Source: Lama guanicoe (taxonomy: Eukaryota). From it: DNA of 64,000 nucleotides. The DNA lies in contig MU056000.1 in the NCBI GenBank assembly GCA_013239625.1, positions 12,537,175 through 12,601,174 on the forward strand. Direction: 5' to 3'. The notes under the pieces were generated by a model. That model made no database searches, was not told the DNA's origin, and saw only the letters and a list, made by a program, of their open reading frames with translations. Shown here piece after piece: positions 13,205 through 25,295 of the stretch (position 1 is the stretch's first letter; the number at the start of each line of letters is the position of its first letter). A program made the position numbers and the translations under genes.

Positions 13205-13361
13205 AGTTTAGTTCATCACACACACAGAAATTCTGTAACTATGTATGATGACAGATGTTAGCTAGACACTGTGGTGATCATTTCACAATACATACAAATA
13301 TCAAATGTTGTACACCTGGAACCCATATAATGTTGCATGTCAATTATCCCTCAATAAAAAG
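13205..13361 (+). mobile_element. Older L1 3' terminal fragment
   Basis: gtggtgatcatttcacaatacatacaaatatcaaatgttgtacacctggaa...gtcaattatccctcaataaaaa. Confidence 0.8.
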
Positions 13362-15984
13362 AAGTTTATAAAAATTATACCAAAGTGATAAAGTCAGAAG
13401 AATTAAAAGTGAATTTAAGGAATCTCTGCCAACATTTCTCAAGAACCCTTGAAATCAAGCTTGCATTACAATGCACAATAAACATATCTGATATGTATAA
13501 AATGAACAAATCACAAAGGAAAGCTTAAATTATGCTCAGTGTCATTCCTGGGTTTTTCCGTTCCCCACACCAGACACTCATGCTGTTTATGAGGACTGCC
13601 TACCGTCTTCTCTTCTGTTTCTTCTTTGTGTCTCTAGATACCAGGGCAAAGCCCCCCCCAGTCTTTGACATTAAGCAGAACATTCTAGTGTCACATCAAA
13701 TTGTAAAATCATGTGCCTTATACACCATCTACATATAGCCTACAGAATCTGTGACTTGCATCCTCACCCTCCTCCCATCCTGGCTCTTAATCTGTCCTCA
13801 TCCTTCTTAGCCCCTGAACACTGCTTCATCCTCTAGTTCAGTTGCAAACTCAGGAGTTGTGAATCCGGGAGTTGCAAACCTAGGCCTTGCAGGAGCTACA
13901 TAAGGTTGGGGACTGCAGCAAAGTGCTGTCGGGCTGGCCTCTGCTTACTTCCCACAGATGGTGGCTGCAAGTGAAAACAGGCCGACAGTTGCCAGACCTT
14001 TTCCTCAAAGGAAGCCCCCAGTTTGGATTTCTCTGTGAGGCTGCTGAATTTTTATGTCAGTTAATGTAACATTTTAAGATGTGTAGGCTAAAAATAACAG
14101 TTTGTGGGCCAAATCTGGCCCATAGATTCCAGCCTATTACTTAGCCTCATCTATCTTTGAAATTCTCTCCATCTCTGAGTCTCCCCCATGCTTGACTTTG
14201 TCAAATAAAACATGTATTAAAGGCAAAGAAGCATATTAAGACACCACATCGAGCTAGATTAAAGTAGTAATCTTGCATAATAATGCTATAATATGTACTG
14301 TAATAAATAATAATAATGTGTTATAATAATCTAACTCTGGATAGCAATGTATTTCCCAAAAGGATTGTATATTTTCTTTAGTTATAAATTGCATATTAGG
14401 GGAAAGAAGGCTTATACATAAGTTAGTCTTAAAAACTTGAATTCATAATAGAACAAAAGAAACCCCTTTTAATATCTTCAGTGGTTATAAACCTCCCTAA
14501 ACTATTAGGATGTGGCTGGGGGCATATTTAGGATGGTAGGAGTGGAATTCAGATTAAGTAAAATGTCCTTATGGCCATGCCTACAGTACAACAAACACAC
14601 ATTTTAATCAAATCATGGAAACAGGAAATCAAAATGGATTATATCAGTCATGAGGAATATTCTATCGACATTTTTATGTGGTCTATCAACAGTTTCTGTT
14701 GCTAAATATCAATTTGTCATTCTCTCTTTCTTTCCATTTGCAAAGTTCTTGCCTTCAGTAAACACTGGACTAGTCACACAGTCACCCTGCTAAAAATAAC
14801 TTCATTTTATTCTTATGTAGGTGGGGTACCCCCAGATTTTGTCCTAGGTAATAAAAGTCTCAGGCTAATACTATTTGGGGATCTTTTATCAGCTTTGAAT
14901 TGGCTTTGTGGCACTCAGCTTTGAAAGTAGTTGAATTGTACAGATTGTGGGGAGGGGAGGAATCAACACACTTCACCCCCTTAATGTGAACCCTCGGGTG
15001 ATCTTAAGATGCTCATCACCTCCATGATGGTAGTCATCACAGAGAACCTCTGCCTGGCACCCAGCCAGTGTCACCCCCAGGGACGCCCTCGCTCACCAGG
15101 GCTATACTTCTATGACTTCCCCTTGGACCCCTCTCAGTCTTGAATCTGCACACCTACACCGGTCTTGCAGCTCTGGGGATTTCAAAGACTCCACCATTGC
15201 TCTGCTGAGCATCCAACTGGCAGCTTGAGCCACTGCCTTGAGGTCCCCACTGGCACTGTTGCTTCTTAAATGCTGAGACCTGGCTTCTGAGACCGCCCCC
15301 TCAACTTCTGTTCGTGGGCCAGAATTTCTACTGAAACCTGCTGGACACCTACGTTTCTCTGCTCCATCTTACAGCTCTGAGATGTTTGTCTGCTGCTCGG
15401 TTTTCTTGCTGAAGAGTCTTCTTTTCTTGTTATTACTCTATGGCATCTACGGGGAGTAAACTGCTCCTTGGAGGAACATACTCCCAGGTGTCCTATGTAG
15501 AGGGCTTCTCGCTCTGCAGACACGGCCAAGATTCTGCAGAGAGCTGCTCCCGGAGCATTACTGAGGGATTCCCATAGCCCTGCACCCTAGCTGGGCTGGA
15601 CGGGGGTGCAGAGGAGCGGTGGTGGATTTCAGAGGAGAGCACAGAACTTTCCCTCCCTTGGTTGAGATGCCCTAACTCCCGAGGACCCTGCGTTGATAAC
15701 TGTGCCGGCTGATATTCATCACACCTATTTCACACTTAATGTATCTTGAAGATCGTGCCGTATCAGGGCACGTCAAGTTGTCCCACGCTCCTAGGCAATA
15801 CCTGGGATAATTTATCTAATCATTCCCCTCTGCCTCTGCATGAACCGCCAAGCAGTTTGGCCACAGACCCTGCTAGAGTGGGGTGTCCCTGTACCCATGT
15901 CATTTCATCCATGTGCGAATAAATCTTTCTCAGAAATTTTAAGTAGGCACGGGTAAGGAAAATGAAGAAAGAGAGGTGCTGTAG

Positions 15985-16155
15985 TAACTGTAGCAGAAAG
16001 GCCACAGGACCAGGAACCAGAAGACTTGGGGTCAATCGACACCACTTCTGAGATTTGGACCAAATAACTTTCCTGAGGCTCAATTTCCTCATTAATAAAA
16101 TGGAAATGAAATCCCCTGCCTTGCCTTACTCATAAGGTTTCTATGAGCATCAGAT
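15985..16155 (+). mobile_element. MIR SINE
   Basis: gaaaggccacaggaccaggaaccagaagacttggg...ctcaatttcctcattaataaaatggaaat...tcataaggtt. Confidence 0.7.
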
Positions 16156-16164
16156 CCATGAGCA

Positions 16165-16257
16165 TCCTTCCCTCCTTTTCTGCCCTTCTTCCTTTCTTCC
16201 TTCCTCCCTCCGTCCCTCCCTCCCTCCCATTGTTTTTTCTTCCTTTCTTTCTCCCCC
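16165..16257. repeat. Polypyrimidine low-complexity tract (TTCC/CCCT)
   Basis: Read directly from the sequence. Confidence 0.8.
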
Positions 16258-16391
16258 AGTGTTCTTTCCACTGTACCACAACTTTTGGGAAGTTCATTCA
16301 CACCAGAAGAGCTCCCCCACCTCTCCTTGGGGTCCCTGGTGTGTGTGCAGGTCCCATGTGCTCCTTCTGTGGCCCTGACCATTCTCTGCAG

Positions 16392-16453
16392 GACCAAAGG
16401 GACTAACGTGAGAGTGGCTGAAGGCGTGAAGGTGTCTGAAAACATTCCTGTAG
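16392..16453 (+). other. Candidate 62-nt internal exon (probably 5' UTR)
   Basis: Branch-like ccctgac, acceptor cattctctgcag|G, purine-rich body with GAAG motifs, donor TAG|GTAACA. No ATG. Confidence 0.45.
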
Positions 16454-17585
16454 GTAACATTCTCTGTCTCAGAAATCCTAACCTTACAGTGAAAGGTTCC
16501 TAACAGATCCTCGTGCACTTAAGGAGATGCGTTTATTTTTCTTTCAAGGGAAAGCAGTGGAATTTCACTGAGAAACCTCAAATCCATTGAGAAACCAACG
16601 CAGGACATAATGTCTATGAGTTTTGCCACCGTGGAGACAGGACTCGGGAAGGGCTTTTGGCCTTTCTCAATCAAAGGGGCCGAAATCTCCCAGGCCATCT
16701 CTTTCCCACTTGTTCTGGGTGGGAGAGACTGCCTTCAACCACAGAGTCAGTGGGACAGTGATTGCTCCTGTGCAAAATTCTTAGTCAGGAGGTAATTGCT
16801 TTTAGTAGTGGGGCCTCGGTCCCACCTGACTGATTTATCTCATCATTAACCTCTTAACGATTCAGTTTAACAAGAACAGAAATGATTGCAGAACTAGAAA
16901 TTCTAGGAATCATTATAGGCACTATGTTAGTTGGTGCAGTTATGTAATGAGTAAGTGACAGTCTCTTCCAGGAAACAGTTTATTGTCCAGTGGAGGAGAA
17001 AGACAGACGGCAGAGCAAGTTTGAAATAAAGGAAAAAAATTCCTTCTTACAAAATGATAGGTGTTTTTTTTTTTTTCCAGAACGGTCTATTTAATACTTG
17101 CAAATAAAGGATTAAAATACTTGCAATAGTCTTGGCAATACTGACAACTGCCTGTTCCCTGAGTTTGCAAGTTCTAGGAAGAGGAATTTATTGAACCTAC
17201 TTGCTCAGCATCTAAGATGAATTGAGCACCGACTCATTTCCATTTTCATCCAGCATCATAATATTAATCACCAGGCACCAGAAATACAGATCCTTCCTCT
17301 TAATGACATTGTAGTTGGAAGGTGGAGGTTATGGCATCGGAAACCTGTTTGTCTGCAGGGTATAGTTCACTGAGTCAATGGCAATAAAGTTTCAAGGTTG
17401 CAAAATACCTTTCTTTTGAGAGAAATTTTGCTTACGATGTTATTTGTTTCGCTTGGAGTTTGGCCGAAGCTGTGATGATAACTCAGTTGGGTCACTCAAC
17501 TCTGAGATGGTGAAGACCTCTTGTTTCTGTATTTTTCTTTGAACGTTTTGGGGGTACTTTTCTGAAAGCTTCCTTCTGTCTGCAG

Positions 17586-17648
17586 TATGATTCATGGAGA
17601 AGGTAGATGGCTCTGCAGTGACTGAAAACAGAGCCACAATTTGCTTCT
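17586..17648 (+). other. Candidate 63-nt exon
   Basis: Acceptor cttccttctgtctgcag|T and donor TCT|GTAAGG. One ATG frame (MEKVDGSAVTENRATICF) stays open to the donor but matches no protein I recognise. Confidence 0.3.
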
Positions 17649-18554
17649 GTAAGGAGAGGAAACTTAGGTGCAAAGGTATGAACAGGGAGCTTGATTATCT
17701 TGAGGAGAACTGTTTTATTTGCTGAAGAAAGACATGTCTTTCTTACAACTGCCACTTCTGCGGGGACGTGGGGTTGGCGTTCGTGAGGAACTTCCAACTG
17801 CAGATTTAGTCCAGTCGTCACAAGCTTTTTTCTCTCATCAGCATTATTAATATCAGAACACATGAAGGAAACTTTAGTTGAAATAAAAAAGAAAGGCAGA
17901 ATTGATGTTAAAAATTGAAATATGGTCTCACTTCAATAAAAAACATGGGAAAAATAAAATAAAACAGAACCCTCTCTCCCATCAGTATTTGAAGACAAAA
18001 AAGAATTGAAATACAGTCTTAATTAAGGAGTGACTTGTACAACTCATAACCATTTTGACTATATTGATTGGATTAGGTAAACATAAACATAGGATAAGTC
18101 TTGCAACCTTAGGGTCAGGTAGAGTAACTTAATATACTGGGGAAGTAGAGCAATGCCAGATTATGCGCTTGGAGGTCCAAACAAGTCCTAGAAAGACGAA
18201 GACTATCTCCAGCCTCCTAAGCTCTGGTGCATTTCCAAAATCGCAGCGCTTCGAATGATCAAGTGATTATTTGAGCAGATATTTGGCTCTCGATTAAAAG
18301 GGACTTTCCATTGTCACAATTCATTTAAATGGTGTTGACTTTGGGTGGCAGACAAGCTGGGATCAGACCTGCCTGATATTGCTTCAGGGCAATGATGTCA
18401 GCAGAGGCGTGCTAAATAAATAAATTAGAGGTTCCTTTAATGCCAAGTGACACAATCAGAAACACAACAATCTCTTCCCATTTGCTTTTCACAACAAAGT
18501 TTGTGTAACTTCAGGGCAAAACCTGGAGTAAGTCCACTGGCAAATCTGGGGACT

Positions 18555-18790
18555 AGCGAATATCTACAGTACGTAGAAATGAGAGGCAGATTGGTGGTCA
18601 CTAGGGTCTGCTGGGAATGGAAAGTGACTGCTAATGGGGACGGGGATTTCTTTTGGGGGTGAGGATAATCTTCTAGGAATAGAGGTGGTGGTTGCATAAC
18701 ACTGTGAATGTACTGAGTACCACTCAACTATACACATTAAAGTAGTTACTCCTATGTTATGTGAACTTCATCTCAATAAATAATTTTAAA
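18555..18790 (+). mobile_element. Old L1 (L1MB-like) 3' end
   Basis: agattggtggtcactagggtctg...gtgactgctaatggg...gtggtggttgcataacactgtgaatgtact...atctcaataaa. Confidence 0.85.
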
Positions 18791-18909
18791 AGACTAAACC
18801 TAGAAGACAACAAAAGGACTCTAATTTCTACACCCCTTATGCTCACAACTTTTCCCTCCCAATCATAGCACTTCTGACAGGCCCTGCGGAAACCAGGCGA
18901 GCAGCTGGG

Positions 18910-19200
18910 TTGGTCTCACTTACTTGAGGTCTTGGTTCAAAGGTCACCTTATCAGAAAGACCTTCCTGGCCCGTTTATAACAACGCCCCCATCATTTTTG
19001 TCCCCCTCCCCCTTTGTCTTTCTAGCACTTATCACCAACAGACATATGTTTATTTGTTAATTTCCTGCTTCTCCTCCCAATTCAACATAATATTTACAAG
19101 AGAAGGAATTTTATTATTTTCATTCACTGTTGTACCTAAAACAATACCTGTCACAGTACAGGTGCTCAGTACATATTTGGTGAATGAATGCATGAACGAA
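18910..19200 (+). mobile_element. L2 3' end
   Basis: aaggtcaccttatcagaaagaccttcc...tagcacttatcacc...ttcactgttgtacc...caggtgctcagtacatatttggtgaatgaatg. Confidence 0.75.
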
Positions 19201-19476
19201 CATCAGTACCAAGTCCTGATTTTCTTCAACTTTAATCATCACAGGCAAACATTCGGAGAGGAAGGGTAGGTGTCATTTATCTTTGACTAGCATCCAGGAT
19301 GACACCAACAACAGAGACGATGCTCACTGGGGAATAGTTTTGGAACCAAAGTAAGGACAATCTAGTTGGCAAGATAAGACGTCGGTAAACAAAAACTTAA
19401 ATGACAGTGTAGAAGAATCCTATGAGGTTAGAGTGGAGGAGAGAATCACCTAGGAGTTGTTAGATTTCATTTCTGA

Positions 19477-19782
19477 CGTAGAAAGCAAACTCATGCTTAC
19501 CGGGGGGAAGGGGGTGGGAGGGGATAAATTGGGCGTCCGAGATTAGCAGATACTAACTACAACATATAAAATAGATAAACAGTAAGCTTTTGCTGTACAG
19601 CACAGGGAACTATATATAGTATCTTGGAGTAACCTATAATGAAAAAGAATGTGAAAATGAATATATGTATGTATATGTGTGACTGAAACTTTATGCTGTG
19701 CACCAGAAGTTGACACAACATTGTAAACTATGCCTCAACAACGACAAAACAACAACAACCAAAACCCCACAAAATTTCTATG
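19477..19782 (+). mobile_element. 5'-truncated L1 3' end with TSD
   Basis: gggagggataaattggg...acagcacagggaactatat...tgctgtgcaccagaagttgacacaacattgtaaac, then an A/C-rich tail. TSD tagatttcatttctga (19461-19476) and tagattttatttctaa (19783-19798). Confidence 0.88.
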
Positions 19783-20596
19783 TAGATTTTATTTCTAATT
19801 CTGGCTCTTTTTCTCCTCTCAGGAGAACATTTTAATCTCTCTGAGCCTCAAGTTTGTCATCAGTCAATTTAGAAAGTGGGACCAGATGGCCTTTGCTGAC
19901 CCATTCTAAACTTTAATTAGCACGCACATGTGTGTGCCAAAGGAAGAGAGTCTTACCCATTTAAATAAATGGAAAATCACCCAAGATGGGGAGATTACCA
20001 GGTCAGCCCCTCTCCCCTGACCCTGACTGTGGGACAAGTTTAAAGAAGAAAGCGGGAGAAGGTCTCTTTCAAACGTGAAACTTTGTTGCTTAGTATAATT
20101 TTGTGAAATGTGAGTGAGAATGAGTTCTAAGATATATTCTAAGGCTTTTGAGACAACAGCCCTTATTTGAAAAGGTGGTGAATTTGTGAAGTTTGACATA
20201 CTGATGCAAACTTTTCAAGGAAAATTAACACTGTATTAACAAAAATTCTGATCGGCTCCCCAGTGGGCCTTTAAGCCTACCCACCAGCGGAAGAGCTGAT
20301 TGCAATGATTTCCCCAACTGGAGTTCTAAAGTTCCCCAAGGGTTTTTCTTGTTTATGATAATGTGCAGGGCACTTGCAAACTCTAAATAAACATGGACTT
20401 GAGAGTCCAGGAAAAATCCTCTTCCCTGCCTGCGGTGGTTGAAATACAACAATGACTGCAGCACCATAGGAACAAAAATCAGGATTCAGCCGGCTCTTTG
20501 AGGAAACAAGTTGGCTTCAAGACACTTAACATGTTTGACGATTCTTTGAAAATTGCCAGTGGGGACTTGGCAAGTGAGGGTCTCTCTTACTCGCAG

Positions 20597-20630
20597 TTTT
20601 GGTGCAAGAGCAGAGAAGGAGCCACAGCAG
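20597..20630 (+). other. Candidate 34-nt exon
   Basis: Acceptor tctctcttactcgcag|T, purine-rich body, near-consensus donor CAG|GTAAGA. Confidence 0.4.
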
Positions 20631-21049
20631 GTAAGAAGCAAACTGTAAAAACCTTGTAAAGGCAAATCCGCCACTGGGCCGACACTACAGAATCACTTAC
20701 AAGAGGCAGGATAAAAAAATCCGTTTAATGATTTTTCCCTCAGAGCACTATGAAAAAGAAAGAATCTTGCCAAACTGGAGTAATTTAAGTTCAATTCAAC
20801 AAATACCTACTGTGAGCCCCTACTCTGGGACACGTACTGTTTTGCAGTGAAAACAGAAATGAGGTTGAATTTTTTAAGCAGGCTAAAGGTTATTGTGTAA
20901 ATGTGACCAATTCATGACTAATTTCTTGCTCTTAGGTTTTTTTTTTTCCCTTTTGGGAGCATTTCTCCCTTAGTCTCCTCCAGAATGTAAATTCCTTTCT
21001 GCTTGTATTGCCTGAAATATGCATGATTAACTTTTTCTTTTTGTTTCAT

Positions 21050-21185
21050 ACTATTTATAATTATAAATATTTAATTTAGTTATATTTAAATGATCTATTT
21101 TATAATATTTAATCATGTTATATTTTTACTTATTATAGAATTATTTAATTGTATTTATTTACTTATAATTTAATTATAATTATTC
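21050..21185. repeat. AT-rich low-complexity region
   Basis: Almost purely A/T, with degenerate repeats of tataatatttaat...ttatattt. Confidence 0.75.
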
Positions 21186-22397
21186 TCTCCCCAGGACTAG
21201 AATTTACCTCCTACTCCCTCCCATCTCCCACCTACATGGACTCTAGCTGAATATGTTTGATATGGTTCTTCACTTTGACCAAATAAACAGAATCAGAGTG
21301 AGAACTGGGATATAGAGCTTGTGTAAGTATTATTGCACTGTGCAAATTAGTTTAATTCTCTAGGCCTCAACTTTCTTTTCTATAAGATGTATGGGTGCTA
21401 ACGTATGGAAAAGCAACCTCTTGAAGGCATTGCTAGAACCGTTGGTTGAGTTGTTATTCACAGATGTCAAGAAGAATGATGGGGATACAGCACAGATGGC
21501 TGGTATGTGGCCGTCTATTAAGCTGACCCTATATTAGCATGAACGAAATGTTTATTTAAGTTGCACAGACACGCAGGATGTAGCTGAAGAATTGTAATAG
21601 AAGCCTTAGAGTAGTGATCAATCTGAGATAGCCTAAGATAAAATATTTAACTAGGAAGTAGCTTGCCTGTTACCAACTAATGAGGATGATAAAGACATGA
21701 GCTTGCTGGGCTGCATACACCCTAACCGTCAGCTGACGCTTGGGCTAATCCGGAAGATGTCACTACATCTATGGGAGATGGATGGACAGGAGGCCTGCTA
21801 CGGGGGACTGAATTAGAGACCAGACTACACACATGAGGGCAGGGAGTTCTGGGTTTGCTCCTGAGAAGGACGCATGGAAAGCAGGGAAGATGGAGAATGG
21901 GAAAGCTCAGAATCCCAGTTCTCTGGGAGTTTTGTGATATTGCAAACAATCTGAGGATATTCTTTGGCAATATTTTTGAATTGGAAGAGGGCTCAAACGA
22001 GAAGAGGAGCCTATTTGGCAAAATACGGGTTAGTTTACGTTCATGATTATACCAGAATGGATCAACACATGCATGACCCGAAATCCCGATAGCTCCACTC
22101 CCAAGCGTTTTACGGAACTAGGCGAGGCCCCACACTCTCTGTCACTCTCCACTTCCTTTCTTTTCTGCTGACATTTACGAAACACCACAATGTGTAAAGT
22201 GCTATGCGCTGGAAAGTGTGACTATCGTTTGCCATAGTCATCTTAAGAGCTGACGTTTCTCAAATAGCTCGGATTTTAATCTGAATCTATTTAAAAACAC
22301 ACTTTTAGTTTTTAAGTTGCTAAATTATATTTAACATACAAAAATAATCGAATGAATTACTATTTCAGCTGAATTCACAGAGTAACCTGGTATTTTT

Positions 22398-22580
22398 TGT
22401 GCTTCTTCAAACTTTGGCGGGCATATCCGCAGCATCAGCACCACATGGGAGCTTGTTAGGGATGGAAACTCCAGGGCCATCCCAGACCTGCTGAACTGGA
22501 ATCTCTGGGGCTGGGCCCAGGAGTCTCTCTTTTAACAAGTTTTCCAGGTATTCTGGAAATCCTAATTTAAGTAAAACTAC
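22398..22580. mobile_element. MER5A-type hAT-Charlie MITE
   Basis: gcagcatcagcaccacatgggagcttgttag...ccagacctgctgaactggaatctctggggctgggcccaggagtct...ttttaacaag. Confidence 0.85.
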
Positions 22581-22999
22581 AAGACCATGTACTATTGATT
22601 TTCTCTAACTAGTAGTTTTAAATTCCAATAATGAGAAAAAGCATGGTGTATTTAGCAAAATAGGCAATAAAAAGGTTCAAATTGTTATTTTGCATGAAAT
22701 TAAAAATATTGCCATTTGATAATCATCCGCATATTTAGGTAAAAAGATGTGTAACAAGGGGGATGTGAAGAGTTGGGGGAAGTTGGAAAAGATATTTAAT
22801 ACTTTTTTATTTCAAAAGGCTTTGGACTGAGTTTCCATGTTAAAGTTCTCTGTGTCATTTAATTGGAATTGTCATTTAATCCCATAGGACAAATTTTCTC
22901 TTTCAATAAAATTGGAATCTAGAACATACTGGAATAAATATACTTGCATTTTTAGTTGTTTAAACTAGAGTGTTAAAAATTATCTGTGAAAAAATGTTT

Positions 23000-23156
23000 T
23001 TTTCTGTTTGTTTGTATTTTTATTTATTTTTTTGGTGGGAGGGAGTAATTAGGTTTATTTATTTTTTATTCATTTTTTTAATAGGGGTACTGGGGATTGA
23101 ACCCAGGACCTTAGGCACTCTAAGCACTCACGCTGCCACTGAGCTCTACCCTCCCC
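23000..23156 (-). mobile_element. Vic-1-type camelid tRNA-derived SINE
   Basis: Minus strand reads GGGGAGGGTAGAGCTCAGTGG (A box)...GGTCCTGGGTTCAATCCCCAGTACC (B box), then an A-rich segment containing AAATAAACCTAATTAC and an A tail. This matches Vic-1 as I remember it. Confidence 0.85.
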
Positions 23157-23449
23157 TCCATTTGTTTTTTAATTTCAAATCCATCCTGGATTGTTACTTC
23201 TATAAAATACAATTAAATAAACTACTAGAAAAATGAAATTAAAAAAAGATGCCCAGAAGGCAAGTACCAGATTTTCTGAAGCGACGTCGCCATGGTGAAC
23301 TGGTAACAACCAGTTTACAGGGGCCCCTGGTCAGCAGGCCGCGCTTGGAGTAGTTCCGGTTAAACCAACTCCGTAGTGGAGTCACTAGCAAACCAGCTGC
23401 AGCAAATGACCAGGTGAATCAACTTAACCAAACAAGAAGAAGTGGAGGC

Positions 23450-23590
23450 TCTGAAATCTGGGATCTTGGCTGGCCCCGTTCCCTTGTGCCTCAGTTTTCT
23501 TACCTGTAAAATGGGGATGATGATAACATTCACTTCACAGGATAGTGGAGGGAGATTCTGGTGGTTTAGAATGTATTTGAGTGGATGCTT
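23450..23590 (+). mobile_element. MIR SINE
   Basis: gtgcctcagttttcttacctgtaaaatggggatgatgataac core. Confidence 0.75.
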
Positions 23591-23753
23591 TAACTGAGCC
23601 ATTGTGGAATTTAGTCTAGGTGAGAAAAAGAGGACACCAGGGAGAGGGAGGACCCTGAAAAGTGGCAGGGTCAATGGATGGCAAAGTTAAGTAGTGTTAA
23701 GTAATTATTTGAGCTGAGACTACAGGGAGCAGGATAGAAACACAAAAGATGGT

Positions 23754-24142
23754 CGTTATGGACTGAATATTTGTGCCTCTGCCTCCCCCAATTCATATAT
23801 CACAGTCTTAACCCCACAGTGTGACTGTATTTGGAGATGATGCCTTTAGGAGATAAGTAGGGTTAGATGAGGTTATGAGTGTGGGGACTTTACGGTGGTA
23901 TTAAAGCCCTTATAAGAAGAGACAGCCTCCCCACCCCAGCTTTCCTTCTTTCTCTCTCCCTGACATATGAGGACACAGTAAGAAGGCAGGTGTCTGCAAG
24001 CCAGGAAGAGGGTCCTCCCAGAACCCATGCTGGCATCCGGATCTCAGACTCCCAGCCTCCGACACTGTGAGAAATAGATTTCTGTTGCTGGGTTCACCCC
24101 ATCTACGGTATTCTGTTATGACAGCCTGAGTAGACCAAGGCA
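23754..24142 (+). mobile_element. MaLR solo LTR (MLT1A-like), complete
   Basis: (c)gttatggactgaat...tgaggacacagtaagaaggc...gactcccagcctcc...actgtgagaaatagatttctgttg...gacagcctgagtagaccaaggCA. 5-bp TSD atggt/gtggt. Confidence 0.9.
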
Positions 24143-24584
24143 GTGGTGTTCGAGTAAGACCCCCGAGATGAGGGATTTGGGATGGATCGGAGTTAAGAGC
24201 AACGGCAAAACCCTTCAACTGCTGTACCAGAAAGCGGCTGGGTGAAGGGGCTGCCCTGCTTCTTAAGTCCTAAATTGCGATGCTTGAGACTAAACGTGCA
24301 GCCGCAAGATGACGACGTTTACAGAATGATGCATCCTCGATGTCTTTTTCTGATCTCCATGACGCACTATGAGCAAGTAAACAGTTATATCAAAGTCCTT
24401 GAACGCATCAGAATGTCTTCACATATTTTCTTACTTTAAACCCAAATAAATTGGTATCACTTATACATTCATTCGTTTGAGAAGATCTAAGTGCTTATTA
24501 AAAAAGAAAGTGTCAGGCATGGCTCTCGATACTTGGGACACAGACATGCTGGCTTAAGTCTGTCCAGGCTGTTTGAACAAAGTA

Positions 24585-24660
24585 CTGAAGGTTGGCAAAT
24601 GATCAAGGATAGAATAGAAATGGGTTTCACACTTTCAGAGGACTGAAAAAGTGAACACTA
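24585..24660 (+). mobile_element. MER58B-like hAT element, left part (interrupted by the ERV)
   Basis: ggttggcaaa terminus and aatgggtttcacacttt...gaaaaagtgaac. It joins in register with the segment starting at 26082. Confidence 0.6.
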
Positions 24661-25051
24661 TGTGAGGTAGTTTAGATAGAAATGAGCACTGGGCAGGGGG
24701 AGAGTAAGGGGAAGGGAAAAATCCAGAGCGCAAGGAATCCGAGCTGTCAATCAACCAGAGCACAGGGAACTTGAGTTGTTGATCAATCAATCAATCAATC
24801 AATCAACCAATCAGCCAATTAACCAATCAATCAATCAAGAAACCAGGCTATAAAAACAGGACGAAGGCGGAAGCGGTGCCATTTTTCCTCTCTTGGCTTG
24901 GCTTGCTCCCAATTCTCGGGAGTGTATTATTTTTTTTACTTTGCTGATAAAACTCTTGCTTATATCACACTTTTTGTCTCTCATCAAAAGTTCTTTTTTT
25001 TTCAGGTGCCTGAGAACCAAGGTAATTCTTATTTTCCTTTTCCCAGTAACA
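24661..25051 (+). repeat. ERV 5' LTR (about 391 bp)
   Basis: TG start. Two degenerate 32-bp U3 repeats (24721-24752 and 24753-24784). (ATCA)n/CCAAT array to about 24838. TATAAAA at 24849-24855. GATAAA at 24946-24951 in the poly(A)-signal position. Ends ...cccagtaaCA, 7 nt before the PBS. Confidence 0.85.
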
Positions 25052-25058
25052 TTAATTT

Positions 25059-25076
25059 TGGTGCCGTGACTCGGAT
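25059..25076 (+). promoter_or_regulatory. Primer binding site, tRNA-His
   Basis: TGGTGCCGTGACTCGGAT is the exact 18-nt complement of the mammalian tRNA-His(GUG) 3' end, as in HERV-H. Confidence 0.93.
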
Positions 25077-25295
25077 GGTGTGCTTAAACTTAATCTTGCC
25101 TCCTTCATTTCCCTCTCCCTCCCCAAGGCCAGCCAGCGGAGCACAAGCTCCTGGGGCCGGTTGTGGCAGCTGGACTGAGACTACAAGGCGCGGCAGGGTG
25201 ACCAGCCACTGGTAAACTAAAGAAGATCACTCCAGCCAGACCACGGAGACACCCAGCACACGGTAAGCCTGTGGCCGTTCCCCTCTTTCTGGAGG

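Noticed and set aside
23084..23156. tRNA gene
   Set aside because: The tRNA-like head is diverged and followed by a SINE-specific tail, so it is a SINE.
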